A DNA stretch of 63,888 bases, filler included, from Chrysochromulina tobinii (taxonomy: Eukaryota): the NCBI GenBank assembly GCA_001275005.1. It is 11 parts of 11 records of this genome, joined end to end, with 100 filler letters (N's around TTAATTAATTAA, not from the genome) between each part and the next. Parts side by side here need not be neighbours in the genome. Positions count along the whole stretch, not along the records: positions 1 to 13,227 come from JWZX01000659.1; 10 more parts are not named here. One strand, 5' to 3'. This document shows positions 1 to 11,281 of the stretch, piece by piece. Each line of letters opens with the position of its first letter. Positions within the stretch are counted from its first letter, which is position 1. The position numbers and the translations under genes were made by a program. Under the pieces are notes generated by a model that searched no databases, was not told where the DNA came from, and worked only from the letters and a program-made list of their open reading frames with translations.

Positions 1-319
1 GGGGCTCAACGACCCCTATGCCTCCGAGGTCCCCCTCAGGCAGGTTCTTACCGGCTGGCTCCCCTCTACCCGAGGAGCCCAGTCGCAGCATCTGCGGACT
101 ACGGTGAGCGACGAACCGCAAAGAAAACGCAAAGAACCCGGGGCCGGGCCCGGGGCGCGAGGCGTGCGAAACCTTAGCGAAACCGAACGACCCGTACCCG
201 AGAATCACACTTCGACCTATCTACGCTACATAAGGGTCCTGGGAGGGTATACAGAACGCCGGTGCGTTCACAGTTTAGTCAAGTCTGTCGTGTTAACGTT
301 CACACTCCCATCGTGAGTG

Positions 320-1528
320 ATGGAGTCTCGCAGGTTTGATGGCGACGGCTTCGACGGCGACGTGCAGGACGCTTCCAGCACTCGTACTCGCAGTCCTGCA
401 AGAAACCGGAGCCGAGGACCGGTGCAAATCGTGGAAAATGATGGCATTGAGGTGACACGGGTGACGCGTCCTTTGATGCCACCGCCCCGCCCCGTCTTCT
501 GCTGGCTTGCAATCTGCATGTGCACCGGCACTTTTATACTGCAGATCCAGCAGAATGGCTGGATGTTCCAGCCGTTCACGTGCCCGACAACTTGCGCCGG
601 AGCACCGTGCAATGACGATGGCAGCCCGTGTGAGGCAAATGTCATGCTCGGACCATCAGTGGCCGTGCTCGATCGCATGGGCGCGAAGAATGACCCGGCG
701 ATCTTTGAGCGGGGCGAGTGGTGGCGCGTGCTCGCGTGCAACTGGCTCCACGCCGGCTTCATTCACCTCTTGTTCAACATGGCGGCCATCTTCCAACTTG
801 GCGTGCCGCTCGAGAGAGCGTTTGGCTTCTGGCGCATCGGCACGCTCTACTTGCTTGCGGGCATCTTTGGCACGATCGTCTCGATCATCTTCATACCCCA
901 CGTGCTCTCCGTCGGCGCCTCCGCCTCCGTCTTTGGACTGGTGGGCGCTGCGTGGGCGGATGTGTTCGTCAACTTCGCCGCACGCGGCACACTGCGTGGT
1001 TCGGGCCTTTGCGGCCTTATCACCTCCACCGTGCTCAACATCTCGATCGGCCTGACTCCGTGGGTAGACAACTTCATGCACCTGGGCGGCCTCGTCGCTG
1101 GCATTGTCGTGGGCGTGTCGCTCATGGCCAGGAAGAGCTACGATCGGCACACGGGCGAGCGGCGGCACACCGCCTCGCAAGAGACGTGCGCACTCCTTGC
1201 GACCCTTCTGCTTGTCCTGCTTGCCCTCGGCGCGGCCTGCGCAGTCAGCTCCGCCGAGCTGCGCGACGAGATGCGCCGTTGCGACGTGTGCGACTACCTC
1301 AATTGCGTCGAGACGCCGTGGTGGTCGTGCTGCGTCACACAGCTGAGTGGCGCATGCCAGCTGCTCAATCGCACGCTTGAAGGCCTAGTGCAGGCCACGT
1401 GCAACATGTCCGGCGTGGCACCGTTCTCGAAGACGTGCAGGACGTCCGACGAGTGGTGCACATTCCCTGCGCATACGGACGTAAACGCGCGCGTCTATAT
1501 GTGTGGAGTCCTATGCAGCAGCTGCTAA
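320..1528 (+). CDS. Rhomboid-family intramembrane serine protease
   Basis: Single ORF with multiple TM segments, the WR motif (GEWWRVL), HAGFIHLLFNM, the catalytic-Ser region SVGASASVFG and the catalytic-His region NFMHLGG; Cys-rich loop and C-terminus. Confidence 0.9.
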   Translation: MESRRFDGDGFDGDVQDASSTRTRSPARNRSRGPVQIVENDGIEVTRVTRPLMPPPRPVFCWLAICMCTGTFILQIQQNGWMFQPFTCPTTCAGAPCNDDGSPCEANVMLGPSVAVLDRMGAKNDPAIFERGEWWRVLACNWLHAGFIHLLFNMAAIFQLGVPLERAFGFWRIGTLYLLAGIFGTIVSIIFIPHVLSVGASASVFGLVGAAWADVFVNFAARGTLRGSGLCGLITSTVLNISIGLTPWVDNFMHLGGLVAGIVVGVSLMARKSYDRHTGERRHTASQETCALLATLLLVLLALGAACAVSSAELRDEMRRCDVCDYLNCVETPWWSCCVTQLSGACQLLNRTLEGLVQATCNMSGVAPFSKTCRTSDEWCTFPAHTDVNARVYMCGVLCSSC

Positions 1529-1847
1529 AAATACCGAGCGAGTGGCTCAAAAAGGTCGATACCTCTTTTCGGACCGTTGACGGAGGGTGCGTAGAAAATG
1601 CAAAATCAAAATGAGGATGTTTCGACGGACGTAGGAGAGCCTGTGTGCGCTGTGCGCTGCGCTGCGCCCGGCGCGCAATTGCCGGCGTCATTGCCCGTGA
1701 TTTCTATTGTGAGACTCCTACACTGCAATCGCGGAGCGGCGCCGCAAAAACCGTCGCCGTCGGCGTTTCGTACGTAAAGCTATTTTCGATCGAAAACCCC
1801 TTGGCGATCACCGTCGGGGCATAAACTTTTGGAACGCCGACGGCACG

Positions 1848-4800
1848 ATGCTGTACAAGACACTTCTCCCCGCCATCGCCGCCGTCGCGGCTGGCCAGCA
1901 GACGTGCGCTGACGTTCATGAAGCGTTCTCGGACAACTCGTAAGCGCCAGCTCTACCAAGTGCCACCCGCCCACGCGCGCGCGCGTGACTCATCGGGTTC
2001 GCTCAACATTTGTCATGCAGGTGCTGCGCGTCCAACTTGGGCAAGCAGCTCGTGAGGCCTCTGAGCGGTCCGACGGCGGAGTCCATCGCCCAGATGCCCA
2101 GCGCCTTCAATCAGTTCCTGCACATGTCGGCGAACTTCACTCTGTTCGGCTCCCAGTCCAAGTCGATCATGTCGACCTTCAAGCCGGTTGGCACCCACAC
2201 GGCGCACATCTGCGAGGCCACCGATGCCGCCTTCTCGACCACGGCCGTCGTCGCCGATGGCCAATCGGGCGACACCGACTACCCGTTCGGAAAAATCAAG
2301 GTGTTGTGCACCGTCGGCGAGTACTCGCCGGCGACCGGCTTCATGCTCGTCGGCGTGCCGGACGGCATGGGTGCGTACCTGCTCGACTCGACCACGGTCC
2401 GCATCATCTGGCAGTCCGAGTCGTACGGCACCTTCAGCACGTACGAGTCCTACCCCTTCATTGTCAACCCCAACGGCGCCTCCTTCACGGGCTCGCACGT
2501 CATGTACGTCGACTACGACCGCGCGGGCCTCGCTGACTTCATGAACAACAACGACGCGGCCGTCTCCATCGTGAAGGGCGCCGGCAACGCGGTCGAGGCC
2601 GCGTACAACCTCAAGGGCCAGCTCATTTCCAGGCGCAACGACAACGCGACCGAGAACTGCTGCTCGGCGGCGCCGCACTTCTCGAACACCAACGCCGACG
2701 GCTGCGGCTGCTGGACGACCATCAACAACGCTCGCCTGCCCTCGCGCGCCGACTGGATCATGCAGTCCCTGTGCTCTGCCCACCTCGAGGAGCGCCTCCA
2801 GTGGGGCTCGACCGGCGTCGTGGACACGCTCTTCATCACCAACGAGGAGTGGACCTCGTTCCACAACACCCCGGCCGCCCACGCTCAGGCCACGGGCATC
2901 CCGGCGCATGTCATCGACCTGGCGACCAAGAACATGTACGCCACCGGCGTCTTCACCCTCGGTGGCTTCGAGAAGATCGTCGAGGTCAACTGCGGCCACA
3001 CCGCCTACGTGTGCTTCGCCCCCTCGGGCTACAACGGCAACTTTGGCAGCTACAACAACGGGATTGCCGCGGCGAAGAACGCGCTGGGTCCGCGCCCAGA
3101 TGGCACCCCCTACGTCGACCCGGAGAACGTTCACCCCACGCGCATCTACGTCGGCGTCAAGGGCCGCAACGCGCTCGGCCAGCCCGCGACCGACTTCCTC
3201 TCGCGCAACGGCCTCGCGTACGGCAAGGTCTACGGCTTCGCGACCAACGTCGCCCAGACGACGGGCGGCCGCTACCTGGAGGACTGGCACAAGAACGTCG
3301 CGGTCGCGGGCAACACCGTTGCGGGTGGCTTCTACCCGATCGACTGGCGCTGGAACGGCACCGTCACCTCCTTCCTGCACGATGGCTCGTGGGCTTTCCA
3401 GCACAAGACCTTCGACGGCCTCTACTTTTGGAACAACGGCGGCAAAACCGCCGGCTCGACCTTCGACCGTGCCAGCTCGTGCAAGTGCGAGCACAACTCG
3501 CCCGACCCGTACGGCGGCGCGCGCGTGCTCCAGTCGTCCACCTGCGGCTACATGGGCATCTACGATTTCTCGTCCGAGGTCTTCGCGAAGCTCGAGGCCG
3601 CACGCCTCGACGGCTCCTGGTTCCCGACCCGCATCGCGACCACGTACATGGCCCTTCAGGGCGAGCGCGACGTCGTCAGCCAGATCCAGCTCGGCGGCAA
3701 GGGCAAGTATGCCAACGGCAACGATGCGCGCTACTTTATCGACTCGGCGGGCGTTGCGGCGGGCCCCGGCGGCGGGGTGACCACCTTCGTTGCCATTGAC
3801 GGCCTCGAGTGGATCGCGGCGGCGGGCACCACCAATGGCTACATCATCATCCAGGAGGACGGCGGCAACCGGATGGGCGAGCGCACCTTCATTTCTAAGG
3901 TGCGAACGGACGGCGTCCCGATGACGTACTACTTCATCGCCATGGCGGGCGGCGCTTCTAATACGCGCAATTCGGCTCGCGTGGGCGTGCCGGCCCTCAC
4001 CAACACGGCGTCGCCCACCGGGCACGAGTTCTCGGGCCTAATCGACCTTTCGGGCTTGCTCGCGCGCGACGCCTCGGGCAACTGGATCGCCAAGGCCGGC
4101 GTCGGCGCCACCAAGCGCATGGCCGAGCGCATGGTCCCCATCAACAACAAGACCATCGTCATGGGCCTGCAGTCGCACAACCTGGTCGGCGGCATCATTA
4201 GCGCCATGGCCGGCGACCGCGGTGGCCAGTTGTACGCGTACAAGCCCCAGCTCCCGCTTGTCGATGCCCCGGCGGAGAACGACTTTTTCTGCTTCTCGGG
4301 CAGGGAGTCCAGCTGCTTCGCACAGGGCGTGGCGAGCGGAGACCCGTCGACCGGCGGGTTCGTGATCTGGTCGCGTGTCGACCCTACCTGCTGCGCGTCG
4401 GCGACTTCATGCTCCGCGAAATGGGCCGTGCGCGACGCCAGCGGCACGATCGTCGCTCGCGGCGTTGCGCCAGCGTCTGCGGCCAACGACTACACTATGA
4501 ACATCGAGGTGACAGGCCTCGCCGAGGGGAGGTTCTCCTATGCCTTCGCCACGGAGGACAACCAGAGGTGCTCACGCATCGGGCAGACGCGCACGCTGAG
4601 CAACCCTCAGAGCATCAAGATCGCGCACACGTCGTGTTCCAACTTCCCGCACGGCCACTTCCACGTGTACGGCGAGATGGCACGCATGCTCGAAACGGGA
4701 GCGCTCGACGCGTGGACGCACGTCGGTGACTACATTTACGAGTACGGCGCCTCCGGCTACGCCATGGGCGGGTGGTCATTTTCCGGCCGCGATGGGACCC

Positions 4801-6135
4801 CCAACAGCACGGCGTTTTACTCACCCCCCCACGAGATCCTCCGTATCGACGACTACCGCCTCCGCCATAAGCAATACCTGACCGATCCCAACCTGATGCG
4901 GCTGCGCGCCGCTGGCGTGAACGTCGGTCAGATCGTCGACGACCATGAGACCGCCAACAACGCGTGGGCGGGCGGCGCAGAGGGCCACGGCAATGCCACC
5001 TCGTCTGTGGAGGATGGCGTCACGTGGGCTGCACGCAAGGCGGCCGGCATGCAGGCGTGGCGAGAGTACATCCCGACGCGTAAGGGTGCGCGCTCGACGG
5101 ACGGCGGCCGCACGGTGGGCTACCGCCGCTTCGCCTTTGGCGGGCTGATGGAGGTCGTCTCGATGGACACCCGCAACGGCACTGCCTTCCACCGCAATGA
5201 CGACATCTGGGCCCTGCACAACCAGAACATCTTCTTGAACGGCACCTCCTTCATCTCGCCCTTCACTGACATGACGCGCCTGCCGGGCTTCCTTGCCGTG
5301 CGGGCCCAGATGGTGGCCCTTCAAGAGGCTCGCTCGCAGTTCACGTCCGATCAGCTTTCGTACATCCTGGATACCATCCGCACCTCGACGGCGGAGAACC
5401 TCGTGCTGCTCTCGGGCACGCAATTCGTGTCGAACATGTGGGACTACGGCACCCTCACCCTTGCGGGTTCGACGTTCCAGCCTGCACTGGAGGCCGTGGC
5501 CACCCTTCCGCGCGCCTTTTCCACGCCCGCCGTCGGGGGGGCGGGCACCGCGGACCTGCTACTTTCTACTGCTGTACGGCCTCTACCGCAGCGAGGACAC
5601 GACGGCGCATGCGCAGGTGCAGCTGCAACAGATCACCGCCGCTTGCGATCTGCGGCCTCGCGGTTGCATCATCCTCTCCGGCGACGTCCACAACGGCTAC
5701 GTCAGCCAGCTGACGGCGAAGACGCGCGAGCTGACCTCGCCGTCGGTCTCCGCCGTTGGCCTGACGCAGAACTTTGTCACGACGCTCCCAAACACTAACG
5801 TGGCGACCATCCAAGGGGCCATCGCCCAGTCCCTCGCCTTCGACCGGATCAACATGCTGCAGTCGCGCGTCACGTCTCCAGCCGAGGTGACGCGCGTGCT
5901 CACCAGCGTTGGGCAGTTCGCGGGGGGCGTACCCTACGATACGATCATCGCCGCGAGCCCAACGCCCAAGGTGCCGTTCTCAGACGTCGGGCACAACGGC
6001 TTTGGCATCACGGATTGCGTGGCCGGCCAGGGCTGCTCGCTCCGCATGCGGGGCGTGCGCCTCGGGTGCCTCGCCCAGACCCCCATGCCGTCGGGGTGCG
6101 TCTTCAATGAGCTCTACTCCTCGCCCAGAGCGTAA
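1848..6135 (+). CDS. Secreted two-domain alkaline phosphatase: N-terminal EHAP1/PhoX-like atypical phosphatase fused to a C-terminal PhoD domain; one intron (1940-2020) and an apparent +1 frame break near 5535-5570
   Basis: Exon 1 (1848-1939) encodes a signal peptide, MLYKTLLPAIAAVAAG, and splices via GTAAG...TGCAG in frame to ORF 2010-5798. N-half motifs: GVPDGMGAYL..VRIIWQSESYG, FITNEEW, GGFEKIVE, IDGLEW, IQEDGGN. C-half PhoD motifs: QGVASGDP..VIWSR, SCSNF, HVGDYIYEYG, VDDHETANN, MDTR. The final SGDVH motif lies in ORF 5293-6135. Confidence 0.8.
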
Positions 6136-6856
6136 GCAAACCCAAGTTGTGCTCGATGATGGTCCCTTTTCGGCACTGTCAACCGTTGAGTGAGCAGCGC
6201 GCGTGCACGCGCCTGCAGGAGATCACCGCTTGGGCGTTGGGTGCGGGATCGGGAGGTGGGATGCGGCATAGGCCCTCCGCACGCACGCGGCCAAAATCCT
6301 CACACGTTGCAGGTCAACATTTGCGAGTGTGGAGGCGTATGCTGGGAAGCACAGTGCCCCTGTACTGGAGATTTTTCTCTCGGTCGTATGTATAGTACGG
6401 TCCGGATGAGGGGTGTTCGGTGTGACAGTGCGTCCGAAGTTGTGTGTATGAAGGTGTGTATCCGATCACGGAGACTAGGTCTGTCCGACGGTTATGTCAC
6501 TTGCGTGTGTGATCGAACCTACGTGGAAGCGCTTACCTTGTTACCTATCGATCGCCGGATCCTCCGCATGTCGGTGCGCTCCGGGGGCGGGGGCCGGGGC
6601 GGCCGCCATGACGCATGAGGTGATGGCTGATGCGTTTTAAGTTAACTGGTTTTTAAGTTGCGTTCGTGCGAAAGGCGCGACGAGCGCCGCGCGGACATGT
6701 GCCGGGCCCGGGCGAACGATCATGATTTCATGTGCGACGGTGTGGGGCCGGCCCGTCGCGGACCCGGACGCGCGCGGACCGGCCAGACGCGGGGTACATC
6801 TGTCGTTATCGATGATGTTACGCTAGTAGTTCGCTTTACAGGCTCTCTGTCTCAAG

Positions 6857-7831
6857 TTACGGCTCTGACACGGTGTCCTCGGGCACGAGCTTGACAACGC
6901 GCTCGACTGCAAAGCCAATGCCACGGCCTGAGCTCTTGCCGTAGTAGCCGCCCTCGTTGACAAAGATGGGCACGGCTGTGGGCCCAAACTCACCCTGGTA
7001 GCAGATAACCTCGCCACCAAGGGTCTCAAATAACGGGTCACCGGCGGAGATTGGGACCCAGTCACGGTCTTGACGGCTTGCGTGCACAAGAGCCGTCGGG
7101 AACCCGTCATCATCAACAGGCCATGCAATCTTGGCGTTTGAGCCGGCCGTTGCAAAGACGGAGATCGTGTCTGGTAGCGGCAAGAGCTCGCCTGCGTTGC
7201 GTCGCTCGAAGAAGGACAGTAACGAGTGAAGAACGCGCTCGGTGGACTGCACGACGTCGTGGCGCAGGACACCCTGGGGCGTTGGCCCTACCTCTATTCG
7301 CAGGCCAGCCTTTCCGATCGAGGCGAGCGAGGGCGCCTCAGGCTTGTCGAGCTCGTAGTACAGGATGTGCACATCGTCTGCGGCCATCTCGGCCTGCACA
7401 AAAGCGGCGGCTCGCAACGCCAGGGGGCACCAGCGGTCTACGATGATGGTAGCGCCCATGTTGCCCGTGGTCGTGTGCAAGTCTATGATCAGATCGCATG
7501 CGGATGCACTGCCCTTTGGTCCGAGCCGCTCGTTGAGCTCTGCCGCTCTTTTCGCTTCGGCCGTGGTCGCCGTCTCCGCGAGTCTCTCCATCGAGAAAAG
7601 GCGATTGAGGTCCTCGTCGACGTACCGCTTGTTTTCAGAAAAAGCACGCACATTAGTCAGCACCGTCTCCACCGCGAGGGACCGGTAGCTAGACAATAGG
7701 TCCGGTCTTGCTTTGAGGCGGTTGATGACGTAGACGCCGGTGTACTCGTTGCCGTGTGTGCCGCCTGTCACGACGACGCGTTGCACCTTGTGGGAGCCCG
7801 TCGTCGACTTTGACGTGCTAGTCTCGAACAT
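6857..7831 (-). CDS. aspA: Aspartoacylase (AstE/AspA family zinc hydrolase)
   Basis: Motifs VVVTGGTHGNE, RYVDEDLNRLF, IIDLHTTT, IEVGPTPQG and PIFVNEGGYY; intronless. Confidence 0.9.
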   Translation of the reverse strand: MFETSTSKSTTGSHKVQRVVVTGGTHGNEYTGVYVINRLKARPDLLSSYRSLAVETVLTNVRAFSENKRYVDEDLNRLFSMERLAETATTAEAKRAAELNERLGPKGSASACDLIIDLHTTTGNMGATIIVDRWCPLALRAAAFVQAEMAADDVHILYYELDKPEAPSLASIGKAGLRIEVGPTPQGVLRHDVVQSTERVLHSLLSFFERRNAGELLPLPDTISVFATAGSNAKIAWPVDDDGFPTALVHASRQDRDWVPISAGDPLFETLGGEVICYQGEFGPTAVPIFVNEGGYYGKSSGRGIGFAVERVVKLVPEDTVSEP

Positions 7832-8678
7832 CGACTATCCGGATACCGCTCCCGGTCCCGAGACACGGGATCAGGGAGGTCGCATCGTTCACGTGTGAAA
7901 TTGGTTGTTACTCAAACACCGTGAAATTCTTAAAACGGTCCCGGCACTCCCGGCACAGCGTTACTTATAATGTTTGGGGGTAGGGAAATTCATGGCGAGG
8001 GTCCGGCTCGTTACGGCTAAGCAAGCAACTAGTTACTTGCTTGCTTGTTACGGCTAGCCTGCTGTCTTTGCTTCTTCGTTCTTGCTGGTCGATCGTCGAA
8101 GTAATAAATATTGAAATTAGACATTAATTTCAGAAATAGGACGGGCAGTGAATAGGACGGGCCGCACCATGTGACCACAAACTCGAGTCTCTACGGTACA
8201 GGTGCGAGAGTCGAGTGGCGAGCCCCGGTCGCGGTCGTCGATGGAAAGCCGTCACGCGTCAGCGCACCATTTGCTCTGTTCTCTGGTAGTACCACCTGTG
8301 GTAGCACAGGGCAAGCTCCGTGCCGAACGAACGCGCCGAGCTCGCCGGTGCGCCTGCCCGCGCCGCCAGCACCCTCTCGCATGCCCACTAGACCGTAAAT
8401 CACCCTGCCTCCGTGGGCACGGGTCTGCTCCACTCCCGCAGCGATGCCTCCCTGTGCATGCCAACACACTGTCTGCCCACGCCATGCCTCCTCGCGCCCA
8501 GCCTCGCGCCCAGCCTCGCGCCCTCCACGCGCAGGCGCCACTCCACTGCTGCCGATTTCCGCGGCTGCCTGCGTCCATCGCCCTCGAAAGCCCTCGCGCG
8601 AGCAGCCCTGGCTGGCCGCGATGCTTGCCGCGCTGGCCTCGTGCCATCGCCTGGTTGTCGGCGACACGCGTGCCAGCT

Positions 8679-10869
8679 CTAGTCGTCGAACTGTGACAGG
8701 TCGGGCTGCGGCTGGGAGCCCGTCGCCTCGGGCTCGACCTCATCCATGGGCTCGGGCTTGACCGTCACCTTCGCTTTGCGCTCCTTGCGCTCCTGCTTGA
8801 CGAACTCCTGCTTGGGCGCGAGCGATGCGACGGCGGCCGCCTCGAGGTCGGCGGACGGCAGCTCGTACTTCTTGATGTCGGCCAGAAGGAGCTTGCCCTC
8901 GGTGGCAAAGTTGATGGGCGTCGCGCTCATGATGGCGCCCTTGAAGCGAGACTGGTCGTTGTACGTCTCCATCTTGGCTCGTAGCCGGTAGAGCATCGGA
9001 CGCCACGTCGCGCGCTGCACCACCGCATCGTAGGCGGGCCGGTTCTCGTCCTTGAGCCGCTTGAGCTCGTCGGCCTTCTTGCCCAGGAGCTGGGTGCCCT
9101 GGTCGTTGAATGCCGTCGCGACAATCGAGCCCTCAGCGTCGAGGAGCACGAGCGGCACGATGTACCTGTACGAACACTCGGCGCCGCTCCAGCCGCAGCT
9201 TTCGCACGTGTGCCCCGAGGTCTCATCTCCCACGACCTTCTTGTTGCATTTGGGGCAGGCCGAATACCACGCCGGCTTCTCTTCGCCACCTTGCGACGAC
9301 GAGAGCAGCAGCTTCGAGACCACGCCGCGGAAGGTGCCGTACGCGACCTCGCCCGACGCGTTGCCGCGCTCAAAGAGCTCAGTCGTCGTCGAGCGCGCGT
9401 CGGGGTCGATCTTGGGGCCCGCGCCGCTCCCCCGCGTGTCCTGAGAGAGAGAGACGGTCGTGCCGCCGCCGCCGCCCTCCCACCACGACTTGAGCCGCTC
9501 GGTGGCATCCAGCTCGGGGTTCACCTCGAAGACCGTGCCGTTCTGCGCGCCCAGCGAGCGCTGGTTCCAGTCGGTCACGCGCAGTCCCTTGAACGCGACC
9601 ACGGACGCATTGCCAAGGTCGTCCGGGAAAGAGGAGGCCTGTGTGCCCCAGAGCGTGAGCTCGATGGCCGAGCCCGAGTCGTCTGCAATCTTCATGGTGC
9701 GCTTCGTGAGCTCGCGCCCCGTCTTCGTGTTGATCGTCGTGGCGGCCGACACGTCCGTGACGACGCCGAGCACATCTACCGTCGCGTTGGCCGGGCGCGA
9801 GGCGATGTCGCCGATGGGCACGAAGCTGTAATGGACTTTGGGCTTGAAGTCGTCGGCGTCGGCGACGAGCTGCAAAGTCGTGTCGAAGTTGAGCGTGATC
9901 TCGTACGCGTTGTTGAGCGTGGAGTACCGCTTGTTTGCCGGCTTGAGCTGCCCTTTGGAGATGAGGTACGTCTTGCCAACCTCGATGATCGGGTGCAGCC
10001 GCTCCGCGATCTCGCGCCACGCGGAGATTCGAATCTCGGCCGATTCGTCGCACACGTCGAAGGAGAAGACGGAGGAATCGCCCGTCTTGGCATTCGAAAA
10101 GGTGCGCATGTCGCTCTTGTTCATCACACGCGCCTTGATCATCCACTTGTTCGAGTACGGATTCAGGCCGTCGATGGGCGTCGCCTTAGCCGCGGACAGC
10201 GGCGAGGACGCGAGCGGCTGGTAGTTGACCGGCGCGCGGCCGCCAGCCGGGCCAACGGCGGCGGCGGCGCCAAAGTTGCTGGGCGCGATGCGGCTGGTGC
10301 CGCCCGTCACGGGCGAGCCTGCCTGGCTGGGCTTGCCCTGGGGGGTCGCCGCCTGCACCGTATCCCACTTGACAGGCTCACCGAGCTTCTCGAGCTCTGC
10401 AGGCTGCGTCTCGGCAACGGCCATCTCCATGATGATGGCGAACTTGGAGTTGGCGAGCTGATTGACTACGTAATTTTTAAGCACGATGAGGCTGTGCAGC
10501 TTGACCGTCTCCGAGGTCACCATCTTGGCGCACTCGCCCGTAAGCACCGCCAGGCCGTACTGCTCGCCATCCGAGATGTGCACCCTGCGCCGATCGACGC
10601 GGAAGAAGAGAGAGCGTCAGAAGAGGCCGGTGCGCTGCGGGTGTCGCGTCGCGCGCGCGCGAAGGCGTCGTCACGCGTTGAATCGCACGTGCGCGCGTAC
10701 TACCCTATTGGGTGGGATGGGAGTGGGGCACGCACTTGATGCGGGTTGGAGCCTCGCCATTAGCGGCAGTAGCGATCTGCTTGATCTCGATGATCTGCAC
10801 GGTCGGCTTGCTGGGCAGCGCGTCGCGGAAGATGTTCTGGATGCACGGTGTCAGCATGTTCGCTGCCAT
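8679..10869 (-). CDS. RPA1: Replication protein A 70-kDa subunit; 2 exons (10869-10736, 10584-8679)
   Basis: OB-fold motifs IDGLNPYSNKWMIKARV, VDVLGVV and IELTLWG; zinc motif YSACPKCNKKV..CESC..YRY. GT-AG intron 10735-10585 joins MAANMLTP...TRIK to VHISDG in frame. Confidence 0.95.
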
Positions 10870-10929
10870 AGTCGCCCGTCGAGTTCGGTGAGACAAACCC
10901 CGCGAATTCCCGCGAACTCTGTTCACAAG

Positions 10930-11118
10930 AAGTCAAGTCAAGTCAAGTCAAGTCAAGTCAAGTCAAGTCAAGTCAAGCATTTATGACGTGTCACCTCATC
11001 ATGGACCCCCTCCGCCATCTCCGCCCACTCCCGTCCTCCCCTGCTGGCTTCCGGAGCACATTCGATAGGCTTCCGTATGGTTGTCTGTTGTTTATGTATA
11101 GACTTGACTTGACTTGAC
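10930..11118. repeat. (AAGTC)~9 microsatellite and an inverted (GACTT)3 tract in the RPA1/tubulin divergent intergenic region
   Basis: Read directly at 10930-10977 and 11101-11118. Confidence 0.85.
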
Positions 11119-11281
11119 ACAAGAAAACAATCCGAAGGGGGTGAACGGAACTCACTTGTCTTCTTCACACCGAATTCACCGCTTCGGGTCGGGCGAGAGT
11201 GTGGAGCCCTTTGCTGCCCGCGAAGCGCCGGACGCCGGAGCGCATCGCGAGGGTACTTGCGGGTCGCACCTAGGACTATTG

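Noticed and set aside
254..279. Hairpin GAACGCCGGTGCGTTC followed by TTAG, like a Helitron 3' end
   Set aside because: The terminus is not the canonical CTRR and there is no second copy in the window.
2013..10739. Long antisense and alternative-frame ORFs over the phosphatase, RPA1 and other genes
   Set aside because: These are shadow ORFs caused by high GC at third codon positions, with no independent motifs.
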